A stretch of DNA of 64,000 nucleotides. It comes from Eledone cirrhosa (lineage: Eukaryota). Position numbers and translations under genes: made by a program. The notes beneath the pieces are model-generated. The model saw nothing but the letters and a program-made list of their open reading frames with translations, had not been told where the DNA came from and did not search any database. Shown here piece after piece: positions 51,735 through 64,000 of this stretch. The stretch lies in the NCBI GenBank assembly GCA_964016885.1, contig OZ024740.1, forward strand, positions 79,918,001 through 79,982,000, in the 5' to 3' direction. The number at the start of each line of letters is the position of its first letter. Positions within the stretch are counted from its first letter, which is position 1.

Positions 51735-52170
51735 CAGAGATAGTTCGATTTAGTAATCGAATAATTAAGCTTAGTTGTCTTATTGATCCATCTCTCAGCC
51801 AGGAAAATGCCTACTCCCCTAACCCATCATCTTGACCTACTCAGAAAAGATTATAGCTAAGATGTTTGCCTGCGACTAGTCTCGCAGAGGCACCTCTCCA
51901 TCTCACCTCTTGCACGCAGCACATATCCACATGCCTTCTCTCCAGCATTTCTGCTATTTCAGCAGATCAACCTCTGAGAGTGCCAACATTAAGTGTTACA
52001 ACTCTGAGATGCGGCGTCTTCATATTTTGTTGTTCCTATATACTTGTTTCTGTGCTTATAATCGTTTTGGCACTGATATACTGGTTGGATGCCCTTCCTA
52101 ACACCAGTGCCACTTTACAGCATAGACTAGGTGCTTTTATTTGTGCAACCAGCACTAGAGAGGATGTCTT
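51735..52170 (-). mobile_element. Old RTE 5' end (5' UTR + endonuclease start)
   Basis: ATG at 52023: MKTPHLRVVTLNVGTLRG..EMLERRHVDMCCVQEVRWRG. Confidence 0.75.
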
Positions 52171-52445
52171 ACTGAACTCATGGGCCCTCTCTACCCCTCC
52201 CATTTTACAGCATGGTCATAAAAAAAGACCAAACACTTATTGACACTCACGGCACACACACGCTCACTCACACACCAACACTCATGCATACAAACACACA
52301 CGCCACTTACACACCAACACTCATGCATACAAACACACACACCACTCACACATACACATACATACATATATATATATATTACCATCAGTAATGATACAAA
52401 ATCAAAATCATGTCAACTGTTGACTTTTCCAGTTCAGTTTTTATA

Positions 52446-52477
<32 letters not shown>

Positions 52478-52568
52478 ATATGAAATTTGTAAGAGTCTAT
52501 ACGAGCCTGTGTGTGTGTGTGTGTGTACAAGCACCCAATGTAGCGAAAGGGGTTGTTTGTGTGTGTGT

Positions 52569-52636
<68 letters not shown>

Positions 52637-52880
52637 TTGCGAGCGAGTCTGTATCTGTGCCTGTATATTGGCAGGTAGGCAGGCGTCTGTGTATGCGTAT
52701 GTCTATAGTTTTTTTAATGTTCTCCTTAAGTGTGTGTGTATAGCGGGAGTCTATGCGTACGGATGTTGTGTGTGTGTGTGTGCGTGTGCGCGTGCGTGCG
52801 TGTGTGGACGTGTGAACTACCAAACCCAGTAGTAATTCATTGAAGTGTGGTAGAAAGGGACAGCTGATGGTCAGTCAAAT

Positions 52881-53061
52881 AACTGTTTCTACTTTAGGCA
52901 CAAGGCCAGCAATTACCCAGTGCATTACTGGTACTTTATTTTATCGACCCCGTAAGGATGAAAGGCAAAGTCAACCTCGGCGGGATTTGAACTCAGATCG
53001 TAAAGGGACGTAACTATGCTGGAAAGCATAGCGTCCGACTCTCTACCGATACTGCCAATCC
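52881..53061 (-). mobile_element. SINE family 2 with 12-bp TSD CAGTCAAATAAC
   Basis: Absent from the paralogous site at ~28990. Confidence 0.88.
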
Positions 53062-53326
53062 ACAGTCAAATAACACCTGTTGGTCAGAATTACGATGACG
53101 TAGAAAAACAGCAGCCAATAACAGGACGCGCGAAGAGGATGTTTTTGACGCTAACATCCCAGTGAGAGAATTTGCTCCGAAATCATTAGACGTGTCCGTC
53201 GAACCTGAGGATCCAGAATCAGACAGATCCACACAATGATCGTGTCTCGAGCTGTCCGCTGGCGAAATAATTGTAACACAATAAATTGAGTTCAGATGCA
53301 TCACTAATTTTTCGTTTTATATTATA

Positions 53327-54301
53327 CTAGCATTAAAGCCCGGTATTGCTCGGAGTCAGTAAGTTACCAAAGTTAGGTTGCACCACCCATTTTATGGCAG
53401 CACTTTTTTGTCTGCCAGGCACTGGCTGAATGAATTGCAGACCTGGACTGCCGAAGCAGGAGCTGCGCCAGCAGTGACAATTGTAGTTTCGCCTATGGAT
53501 ATTATCTCTGTGCAAAGAAGTGTTGAAATTTATTGTTTCACAGTACTTGCGCAACACACGCGTATACGATGCCAGCCGAACAATAGAGCTGCGATGGAGT
53601 TGTTCTGCATGGTTGTCTAATGTGTGTTTTCTAAATTTAAGGCAGTAGGGAGGGGTGTGATATGAGGGAGAGTTAGCTGCTGTTTCTAGCAGGTTTAGTG
53701 ACCTCATAGAGGATATGTTTTCTAAATTTAAGACAGTAGGGAGTGGTGTGATATGGGGGTGGGGGGAGAGAGTTAGCTGCTGTTTCTAGCAGGTTTAGTG
53801 ACCTCATAGAGGATATTATTGTGTATAGTAAATTCTACCACATTCGTTGAGAGATGTTTTAAAAAAGATTTATCGCTATTTTTTTTGTTGTTGAATAAAT
53901 TTATCTGTTGCTTTTGAATAATTGTTGTTTCGTATGAAATGTAATAAGTTCTCTTTGTCATTGAAGTAAATAAATGTTTGACCGTTCCACACTCAAAACC
54001 AAACTTCCCTCTCGCTCTCTCCCTCTCACTCTCTCTCTCTTAAAGTTTGTAAGTTTAATCATATATCAGAGAAAGTTGCAACATGTAGTTTTATCGAATT
54101 TTAAGAGGAGTAGAGAGAGGTAAACTGATTGTATTAGAGGAGTAAAGCGTCATGTATTTAGTTTTATCGATTATTTCCGTAATTGTGGGTGAGTTTGAAT
54201 GAAATAAATAGTCGGTGACCTATGTTAGACTATTTACAACATTCTTACAGACTTTGAGTCGAATCGGTTTGAAATTGTGCAAATGTATAAACATGGAACA
54301 T

Positions 54302-54335
<34 letters not shown>

Positions 54336-54365
54336 CAGCAACAGCAACAATCTGCCTTTTATAGA
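53327..54365 (-). mobile_element. Non-autonomous Helitron
   Basis: Minus strand reads A|TCTATAAAAGG...hairpin CCGAGCAATACCGG...CTAG|T, no TSD; empty site in the paralog at ~28745. Confidence 0.75.
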
Positions 54366-54467
54366 TAATGATACATACTCTGCTCTGTAAGAGCATAGAG
54401 TGCTCAACTGGCATACCGCCTATGGAAGCATCTTAGCTACCATCAGATACACACATATATATATTAC

Positions 54468-54805
54468 CATCATCATCATCATTTTATGTCCACTTTTCCC
54501 TGCTTGCAAGGGTGGGACGGGAACTGATTCTGGCTTGTTTTCTACAGCTGGATGCCCTTCCTAACACCAACCTCATTTACAGTGAGTGCTGGGTGCTTTT
54601 TTTGCCATGGCACCTCCACGACCACTCTGCAGTGGAATGATAGGGACCCCAGTCCCTATCATCTCATTTCTACAGCTGAGTAAACTGGAGCAATGTGAAA
54701 TAAAGTGTCTTGCTCAAGGAAACAACACATCACCCGGTCTGAGAATTGAACTCACAACCTTTCGATTGCAAGGCCAATGGTCTAACCACTAAGCCATGTG
54801 CCTCC
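54468..54805 (-). mobile_element. SINE family 1
   Basis: Family consensus. Confidence 0.88.
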
Positions 54806-54996
54806 ATTATATATATAAACCCATTCAAGCGTGGAAGATGGACGTTAAACGACGATGATGATGATGTATATATATATATATATACTCTTTTACTCTTTTA
54901 CCTGTTTCAGCCATCCGGCTGAGGCCATGCTGGGGCAACTTTACATAAACTTTAATGGCCCAATATTTTAACAATGAGTATATATATATTATACAT

Positions 54997-55158
54997 AATT
55001 GTTTCTACATTTTGGCACAAGGCCAGCAATTTCCCAGTGCATTACTGGTACTTTATTTTATCGACCCCGTAAGGATGAAAGGCAAAGTTAACCTCTGCGG
55101 GATTTGAACTCAGAATGTGTCAAAGCATGGCGTCCGACCCTCTACCAATACTGCCAAT
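54997..55158 (-). mobile_element. SINE family 2 (internally deleted)
   Basis: Family consensus. Confidence 0.8.
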
Positions 55159-55242
55159 ATAGTAGCAATTTTATATTTATCTCTCCTCCTCCCTCTCATC
55201 ACCATTCTCCATCCATCTATTCATCCATCAGAATTCCATTTC

Positions 55243-55528
55243 CTGTTAATCATATATTCATATAGACATAATATATTCAGCGAAGTCATTCTCACAGCAG
55301 ATTTTATTTATTGAATTGCACTTTCACATTTTTGGTCACTAAGTTACTAATATTTATGTTAAACAAAAAATATTTTTTGAATTATAGTTTTCAAAAAATA
55401 TTTTTTTTTAAACATAAATATTAGTAACTTAGTGACCAAAAATGTGAAAGTGCAATTCAATAAATAAAATCTGCTGTGAGAATGACTTTGATGAAGATAT
55501 AATGTCTATATGGATACATGATTAACAG
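55243..55528. repeat. Foldback palindrome (~138-bp arms)
   Basis: Arms are reverse-complementary around ~55385. Confidence 0.88.
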
Positions 55529-56477
55529 TTAGATGTTTAAAAAAAAATTGACTGTACATTTGACTCTGACATAAACTACTTCAAGAAATTGTGGTCCATC
55601 TAAGTAGAAGAATGAATATAAACATGCAACTTTACATAAACTTTGATGGCCCAATATTTTAACAATGAGTCAGGCATAATTATTTGTCATTTACAGAAAT
55701 TGTATTGATGTATTTAATATGATAGATTTTCTGAACAATAGCATTAACGGTTACAGGTTTGTAATGTGCCAGTCACTGCTTCACAGCATTTTTGATGAGA
55801 ATAACAAGGAATTGTCTATGTAATTTGGGTGGATCAAATGCCTCACAGGTTATTTTTATTTGAAAACACCAGGTTGTGTTGTTTTCTTGCTACATTTTTA
55901 TTGATATATGCTGGCAAAATATATACATGTACATGTTGGCACCATGATAAAATGAATTCAATACACTCTGTAGAGTGGTTGGTAGTAGGAAGGACATCCA
56001 TCTGTGGAAATCCATATTCCTCTGTGTCATATTTTTGTGATCAGTCAGTAGGTTGTGGGGTTGTTTCCATTCCATTTCTGTTTTCTACTGAGAGAGGGTT
56101 TAATTTTTGTTTAATTTTCTTTAATCTGTCTGAACATAGCATCAGCTCTGTGTGTGGATATGATTTCCATCCCAATGTTTTCCAGTGAGCCACCATATTC
56201 TAGTTTAGCGTGCTGGTAACTAGAATAAAGCCAAAATGAAGAGGAGACACAAAAACCAAAATAGTCTTTGAGAAGATCACAGAATGTGTGATGAAAGAGC
56301 TTTGACAATTACATAACCATCTGGTTACTAAACTAATTAATGACTAATAAATACCAAAGTGAAATTCAACTGGTGTGTATTTTTATTGGCAGCATGACCC
56401 TCTTAAAATATAACAATATTTGTTTCAACACACAATTTCGCATCAAGAATCTTGCAAAACACATACAAAAACGTGTA

Positions 56478-56540
<63 letters not shown>

Positions 56541-57164
56541 TGCATTGATGTATCTAAAATTAAACACACACACACACATACGTGCACACACATGCCCACA
56601 CATACACGTACACGTACGTGCATGCAAGTGTGCACTCTCTCTCTCTCCCCTCTCTCTCTGTCATTGAAATGTTATAAATATCTACTTATTAATGAAAAGC
56701 TTAATTATTTTATTGAATTACTCTAAATGTTTGGTTATTTTTAAAAATTAATTGATAGATATAGAAATACATTTCATAAAAATTACTGTAATGAAAGGGA
56801 TAAAATGCTTAATATCATTTGTTCTTGCTCCTTGTCTTCTGAATTTAAATCCAGCTGGGGTAACATTGTTTTTCATCCTGTCGGGGCTGGTAAATAAAGT
56901 AGCTATCGAGCAGGGTGGATTGGCAGAATTATTAGAGATTGAACTGGATTCCTTGTTGTATTTGTTATGGCTCTGTGGTTTCTGGTATCAAATCCTGCCT
57001 CCTGTCACATAATAGGACTAGGGCCTCTATGAATAAAACATTCAAGAAATCTCCGATAAGATGCATCCTGATAAGAGGCTGGTGAAACCAGCTCTGGTAT
57101 AAACTGTAACAACAACAGCAGCAACAACACAATTATTAAATGTGTCCTTCTCTAACCTTTTTGT

Positions 57165-57532
57165 GACTGAGAGAAATGAAGTAGCCATGTTTTGTTGGAT
57201 GTGCAATATAAATGTGAGAGAAAGGCAGAGCTTGAATGAAGTGAGGGAGAAGCTGGGTTTAGGAGGAATCCGAGGTGATGTGTAGGAGAGAAAACTGCAT
57301 TGGTATGGACATATGATGCACATGGATGATGATCGCTGGGAAATACCAGTGGATGAAACCTGCAGTAGAGGTAGACTGAGAAAAGCCTGAGCAGAGGTTG
57401 TGAGAGATGACCTTAAATCACTGAGACTCAGAGGAGATGACAAAGAAACATGGTGAGTAGAGAGATGCTGCGCTGAAAAAGACCAACCCAACCCATGCAA
57501 GTGTGGAAAAACTGATGAAAAAATGATGATGA
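57165..57532 (+). mobile_element. Old RTE 3' fragment
   Basis: ERNEVAMFCWMCN / LHWYGHMM motifs and tail. Confidence 0.75.
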
Positions 57533-58049
57533 TTTCTAATGAAATACACTCTATATAAATTAATGAAGAATTTTGAGGGGGGTTAGTAAAATTTAATTAC
57601 TTTCATTAGAAAGAGAGTAATTTAACATAGGTCTTATATAAAATTACATGGAAAGATTTAAATTTATATAGGAACCCTTTAAAATGAGTGGTTTTGTTTC
57701 ATAGAAGCAGAGCAAGTTTTGGCCGGGTTGGTATCAAAAGGGTTAAGACAGTAGAGTATGATTTAAGAGCAACATGTGTCCTAAATCTAACAGGTTGAGT
57801 GAACTCTGACGGACTCCTTTGTTGGTTTGTAGTATTTACAAGCAGAGATTCATATCTATCAAGTTCTATGCTATCATTTACTTCTACAGTTTCATATTAA
57901 TATTTAATCTTTCCTAAACCCAATAATATATACATTATATATGATGATAATGATGATATATATTAAGAGATTTGTTATGCAAACACATGGTTTTAGGTTT
58001 CATCACACTGCATGGCACTTTCGGCAAGTATCTTCTAGTGTAGCTTCAA

Positions 58050-58148
58050 GTTGTGAATGTAACCACAGGTTGTGAGTGTAACCACAGGTTATGAGTGTAA
58101 TTGTAGGCTGTGACTGTAGCTTCTGGCTGTGAGCGTAGCCACAGCCAG
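58050..58148. repeat. 19-bp minisatellite (GTTGTGAGTGTAACCACAG, ~5 copies)
   Basis: Seen directly. Confidence 0.75.
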
Positions 58149-58231
58149 AATGATATATACATTTATAAAGTGGTTGACTTAAGAAGTACTGGGAAAATTT
58201 GAAACACGCATCCTAATGTAAATGATCATAA

Positions 58232-58550
58232 CTAACTGACACTCTGTCGGTTACGATGAAGAGTGTTCCAGTTGATAGGATCAATGAAACAGCCTGCTTG
58301 TGAAATCAACATGCAAGTGGCTGAGCATTCCACCAACACACATAACCTTAACGTAGTTCTCATGGAGATTCAGCGTGACACAGAAAGTGACAAGGCTGAC
58401 TCTTTGAATTACAGGTACAACTCATTTTTGCCAGCTAAGTGAACTGGAGCAATGTGAAATAAAGTGTCTTGCTGAAGGACACAATGCACTGCTGGGAATC
58501 GAACTCACAACCTTACAATTGTGAACTGAATACTCTAACCACAAAGCAAC
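58232..58550 (-). mobile_element. SINE family 3: same tRNA head and core as family 1, different tail
   Basis: Shares CAAGACACTTTATTTCACATTGCTCCAG; distinct 3' half. Confidence 0.75.
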
Positions 58551-58551
58551 G

Positions 58552-58767
58552 ATAGTTGAGAAAATTAGGTAAAGTATCTCTGGGGATAGAAAAAAGTAAA
58601 CTGAGGCTCATGTAAAGAAGTAAACTTTGAATTACTTGGATGCCAAGCGAGTTAACAACTATTGAATTGCTAACCACCAATTGTTTTTTTTTTTTATTTC
58701 AGAAGATTTTATGCCTCTGTCCACTTTTTCTGTGTCTAGGGGTACTTTATCCAATTTTCTCAACTAT
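58552..58767. mobile_element. MITE with ~55-bp imperfect TIRs
   Basis: ATAGTTGAGAAAATT...GAGGC versus GCCTC...AATTTTCTCAACTAT. Confidence 0.7.
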
Positions 58768-58770
58768 TAT

Positions 58771-58980
58771 TTGGCAGTATTGATAGAGCGTTGGACAACA
58801 TGTTGTATGGTATAGAGTTACGGCTCTTTACGATCTGTGTTCAAATCTTGTTGAGATTAGCTTTGCCTTTCATCCTTACAGGGTTGATAAAATAAAGTAC
58901 CAGTAATGCACTGGGGTCAATTTCCCATCGATTCCCATCCCCTTCAAATTGCAGGCCTTGTGCCTAAAGTAGAAACAATT
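58771..58980 (+). mobile_element. SINE family 2 (older variant)
   Basis: Family consensus. Confidence 0.8.
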
Positions 58981-59589
58981 ATTTATAGGATCAACTAATA
59001 CTATAGTCATTTGCATTGGATTGCTTACATTTCAAATTTTATTTACATACACATAGGTTGCCACCTGTTTGTAGAGGGGCTGATAACATTAGAACTCAGT
59101 GTGGACTTGGAGAGATGGTTTCAGCGAGATCTTCCATGATCAATCCACCCTCTGAAATGATTGTAAAACATGAACTTATTTACTACCTATCTCTGTCTTT
59201 TTTGTTGTTATTGTTCTACACATGTATGCACAGGTTTAATTGTTGAATATTATATTTTCATGTAGATGATTTGGGTTAGGGATCATACATATAATGGGGG
59301 CACAGGATTAACAACACCTTCTGGTCTTTGGGTGCCTTTTGTTTTGTAAACTTTCAGAGTAAATTTCCTGTTTGAAGATAACCCATGAGTCAAAGTTTAT
59401 TTTTTTCCCATCCGTCTTCAAGATCATGCTAAACAGTGGCATGTATTTTACTTGCTCCTATTAAAAAAAATACAACAAAACATTGCAAGTGAGGGGAGTC
59501 AACAATCATTACTGATCACATATAGAATAGATATATTTTTAATATGGAATATATTACACTTTTGAAGAGAACAATTAAAATCCTTTTAA

Positions 59590-59807
59590 CCCATTACCAT
59601 TTAAATTACTCTACATTTATTATTGTATTTTTGAGGTAAAGGCTTTATCTTACGTAATTATCTCATATATCGAAGCTATGAGATTTTGATGTTATTTATT
59701 TTCAGAACAATACCTTATCATTGGTATGAGTTGCCAGTAAGGGCTGGTTTGAACAGAAAGGGTTGAGAGAATTCTGGTCAGATATGGCCGGTTTAAATGC
59801 TAAAGGG
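59590..59807. mobile_element. piggyBac-type MITE (inverted copy)
   Basis: TTAA|CCC...GGG|TTAA. Confidence 0.82.
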
Positions 59808-59859
59808 TTAAGCAAAATATTCAGCTTGTAAATGATCATTCCCTTCTGTTTTGTTCTTT

Positions 59860-60095
59860 CAACTAATTTAGATGGTTTCATGCATGTTTCCAGGGACAGG
59901 CTGGAACACCATGGTCTTGTCTAGGCTAACGGTCAGTCCAGGTGTCTTACAAGGTGCAGAAATACAATCCATGAGAATTTGTATATCTTTAGTAGTATGT
60001 GAAATTGTCAATCATCTGTATATAGGAGATCATGAATAAGAGGTTGAAAGACTTGTGCATTAGCAGTAATATGCTGCAAATTGAAATGACACCAG
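59860..60095 (-). mobile_element. RT fragment of a different, old RTE-like LINE
   Basis: IHDLLYTDD and CKTPGLTVSLDKTMVFQPVPG motifs. Confidence 0.6.
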
Positions 60096-60119
60096 ATTAT
60101 ATATATATATATATATGTA

Positions 60120-60408
60120 TATGCCCCCACACCCTCCCACTGCAAGGTGGTCGTGGAGGTGCCACGGCAAAAAAACACCCAGCCCACACTGTAAAGTGGA
60201 CGTGTAGGTGCCACGAAAAAGCACCCAGCACTCACTGTAAATGAGGTTGGTGTTAGGAAGGGCATCCAGCTGTAGAAATCAAGCCAGAATCAGTTCCTGT
60301 ATGAGCAAGGCATGGTCAGCCGACCAGACACTGCCCACAACAGGACAACCCGTCTAACCCATGCTAGCATGGAAGAACGGACGTAAAACGGTGATGATGA
60401 TGATGATG
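60120..60408 (+). mobile_element. RTE subfamily B solo 3' UTR
   Basis: Near-identical to 5131-5420; follows (TA)n. Confidence 0.9.
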
Positions 60409-60540
60409 TAACATATATAGTTGTGTCAGGAGGTAACCACAGTTAAAAAGGTACTCTTTATTATCATCATCATCATTTCATTTTACGTCCGCTTTTTCCC
60501 TGCTTGCAAGGGTGGGACGGGAACTGATTCTGGCTTATAT

Positions 60541-60658
60541 ATAGAAATAGCTTCCACAGGACTAGAACTGTTTCATTTGTATGAAATCTTCAAGAATGAA
60601 CATTCCTGATAATTACATATGAATGAAACAGTTCTAGTCATGTAGAAACCATTTCTAT
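60541..60658. repeat. Short foldback of a CTGATGA..GAAAC-containing repeat
   Basis: Arms homologous to 7503-7559 (-) and 27497-27550 (+). Confidence 0.75.
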
Positions 60659-62019
60659 AGATAAATATGTATATATATATATGTGTGTGTGTGTGCACGC
60701 ACACATGCGCACACATGCACACACGCACACAAACAGATATACATATTAGGATATTCATAGTATTTCTTAAATTCTATTCTACATTCTTTAGTGATCGGCA
60801 ATTGTAACACATGCACATATATGTAACCTGTGTTGTGTGCTGATCCATAAAAATTAGATGCAATTATCTGCATATTCAGATGAAAAAAATTTGCTCTTAG
60901 ATGCCATCTCAAATTTTCCTCATCTCTTGTCTGGCTTTCTTCCAGAAACTAATCAGCTTTTCTTTAGATGTTTTTTTTTTTATATTCCTTTAATTCTTAA
61001 GAACTTTTCAATCTTGCTTTGCTTTACTTTGCAAGTCTTTGATCTAGTTTAATTTCATTTTTAGATTTTGTAATTCATTTTAACTCTTCTCTGTTACATC
61101 ATGTGTCGCTGACATTTATTTAATTTTTGTTTCTTTTCCAATATATTTCTTGCTGATATTTCTACTTTCTTCAGTATGTGTGTGATATAACTAGTTTAAA
61201 ATTAATCAGATTCCATCTCCCGTGATCTGTTGAAAGGTTGTTGTCTATGAAAAAGGTGTTGAAGAAAATCAAAAATCAAAGTGTAAATTACTACTATGGC
61301 AACGTCAAAGAGATCCATACAAATGCTGCTGTCTACATTCAATTCTATGTAGCATTAAACAGAAAACAGATTAATATCTCACAAGCAACAATCACATCTT
61401 TAAAGATGAACTGTGGCATATAGAATTAAATATACTGTTGATTTGCAAAAAAGAAAGCATTTGCTGTGAATATGAAATCAGGATTCAGAATCTGGTAGCC
61501 TAATTGCAAGCAGTTATCTTGCTTTAGTCTGTGTAAATAACTGGTTGGATTACAACTGAATAATATTTGTAAACAATTACTTTGTGCAAGAGCCATTAGC
61601 ACGCATACACACGCACGCACGCACACGATCATCATGTCCACTATTTATGCTGTCAAGGGTTAGATAACTTGTTATAGTCTGAGCCAGTTCTTATTCTGTT
61701 ACTGCTTTTCTAGATGAGTTGGAGATATATTTTGCATTTATGGCATATTTTATATGGATGGATGCCCTTTCTAACATCAACAAACTTAGTTTACTAGGTG
61801 TGTTTTATCATGGGAGATTGTTATGTTCTTATCAATACTAAAGAACCCTCTTTTCCATATATTGCCTCTGTTATAGTTTACTACTTTACAGAGTGTACAG
61901 GGTGCATTTTATCATGGCACCAATGACATATTCTGTTATATCCACTTTTGTTTTATTTTGTGATAGTATTATATAATATAAAATGCCCCAAATTTTCACC
62001 ATACATTTATGATCTGTGA

Positions 62020-62135
62020 AGGCGCTGGCTGAGTGGTTAGGAAACTGGATTCACAATTGTGAGGATGTGAATTTGATTCCTGGACTGGGTGATGCCTTAT
62101 GTCCTTGAGTAAGACACTTTATTTCACGTTGCTCC
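62020..62135 (+). mobile_element. SINE head fragment (family 1/3)
   Basis: TGGCTGAGTGG A box; CCTTGAGTAAGACACTTTA core. Confidence 0.7.
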
Positions 62136-64000
62136 TTCTACCTGGAGTTGTGACTGATAGAGAGTATTAGCAATTGGAAAGACCAATGGAAATATTGTTT
62201 CCTTGGTCTGATTTGATGAAAGTTGATCGACTGTTGATTTATGATCTTGTCACTTCATACTACTTCCACACAAGACCAGTCTACAAACCTACTTCTTTCT
62301 TTACTCATTCTCCACTAATCCTTCTGCTCAATCATTAATTCCAAGGATGTCAACTCCCTGCGACTCCTTTTTTATTCTACCCACTCCCTTTCTACATATC
62401 AGTCATGGCCATTCCCTTTGATGATAGCAGGTTCCAGTAAAGGTTTAGGAGATTCTGGTAATATATGAATGAATATTTAAACTACCTGGAAGATTATGCC
62501 ATGTAATATTTTGAATCCTGTTTTTTTTAAAAATATTAGTGCTGTTTTGTATGTAATGTATTTTTACTTAAAAACCATTGAATTTTTATGAGTTTTTGTA
62601 ATATTATAATAGTGAGCAGTATCGTTAAAGAATGCCTTGTCAAGAAATAAGCTGAATATACACATTCTAATAGTATTAACTCTCAACGTCCTGTACCACA
62701 TGAAGCTGCATTAGTAAGTGCAGGTTTGTATTTTTTAAGGATTGAAAAATGCAAAACAGTACTATGACTGCATCACATTAAAAATTGAAGTCTTTACTTT
62801 AATACTGCAAATTTTCACAATTATCTAAAAATACTGTATACATTTGAATTAACAAACCTATTTTTAGATATTTTTCTGCTAAATCGGAACAGACTGTTAA
62901 GTTTTGTAGCATTACTGGGAGATGGTTAGAATGTATATTAATGTAATGCAACTTCTTGGCAGGTTTAAAATAGTGGCTCTGTATAACTGTGCATATACAG
63001 TTTAGAATAGGTATCCCTGCATGTTAATAGAGACAACTAAATAGCTTGGTTCCAGGAAAGGCATCTATCTTGCTATAAAATAGTCTCAAAAAGGAACCAT
63101 ATGATGAGTATGAAGCCTGTTATGGGGCCCAAAATGCTAACCCCTGATTTAGCAAGGAAAACGGTCTTAAAGCACTTATTTGTGTTGTTTACTATAGGGG
63201 CATTATTTACAAGTACCTAAATCTTGAGTTATATATTAGAAATTTACTCTACTTTTATCTGTGACTTCAAATCTAGTTGAATACATTGAACTCTTACTTA
63301 ACCACCATATCTCACTAAATGAATGGTCCACCATTATGGTAAAGATCAAACTGTCTAGCAGAATCTTTTTTTTAGTAAATCTTAAGTGTACATTTTACAA
63401 GACTTTTGGACAACCTTGTGCAATTTTGAATGAAAGACCAGAATTTGTGAATTCTTGTAGGCAGTTCTATTGATATTTATGAAATTCCCATATGCCAACT
63501 GGTTAAAACAGTTTATTTTCACAAATTGTAAAATGGTCACATATTGAGGACCCCTCCTCCCCAATACTTCAAGTTGTTCATCAACATTAAAACTGCATTA
63601 ATACTTTTAATATCAATTTACCTGGAACCGATTCTATTAATATGTTCAAATTTAAATTTAAACTAAAATCTCATTATCGCATGACAAATTTCAGTATCAG
63701 TACTCAAATATTTATTTTTATTAAGTTGGAAGTTAGTTATTTCACTAAACCTCTCACAGTTCTTGATTATTTTGATAATTAAAACACAGAAGCAGTATAT
63801 TCTTTATATGTTCACTAAAGAGTTAACAGTAATCACCTACTTGCTCTTGTGTGTTTTACACATACGATACTGATGTCATTAAAATATCATATATTTTTCA
63901 TGAGAATAGATGAATATATCAGGTGTTCTGTAACTGGCAATAGAACAGATGAATGTCTAATGCATTTTCTAATGGTATTTTGGCAACTAATCAAATTCTG

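Noticed and set aside
53014-53304. Conserved ORF between the two paralogous CpG-rich segments
   Set aside because: A 16-nt indel and stop codons break frame conservation.
55480-55528. Hammerhead in the 55.2-55.5 kb palindrome
   Set aside because: Only a partial (C/A)TGAA(G/T)A match; no intact GAAA box or stem I.
60860-64000. Possible host exons in the distal AT-rich region
   Set aside because: No ORF with recognisable domains or convincing splice-site pairs.

Overview
Repeat-saturated, AT-rich eukaryotic DNA with no recognisable host gene. The SINE and LINE repertoire suggests an octopod cephalopod (inference). The window is dominated by RTE-clade LINEs: two young subfamilies, four long or near-full-length copies and many truncated copies. 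Their single ORF is AP endonuclease + reverse transcriptase with a Cys4-His-Cys3 PHD finger inserted inside the RT C-terminal region. Their (GAT)n tails nearly always abut (TA)n microsatellites. Also present: three tRNA-derived SINE families, a 2.1-kb non-autonomous gypsy-type LTR element, a Chapaev3 deletion derivative, a Helitron, piggyBac/hAT/other MITEs, a Penelope GIY-YIG fragment and large microsatellite blocks. Most notable observations: (1) an apparently perfect 377-bp palindrome carrying a complete minimal type-I hammerhead ribozyme on each strand, within a cluster of foldbacks; (2) the PHD-bearing, (TA)n-associated RTE family; (3) an LTR element whose tRNA-Trp PBS extends past m1A58 with a mismatch exactly at that position, and whose LTRs lack the terminal CA; (4) an otherwise intact RTE ORF broken only by a UAG at a Trp codon, which nearby antisense copies could present to ADAR. 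All comparisons were made by eye.
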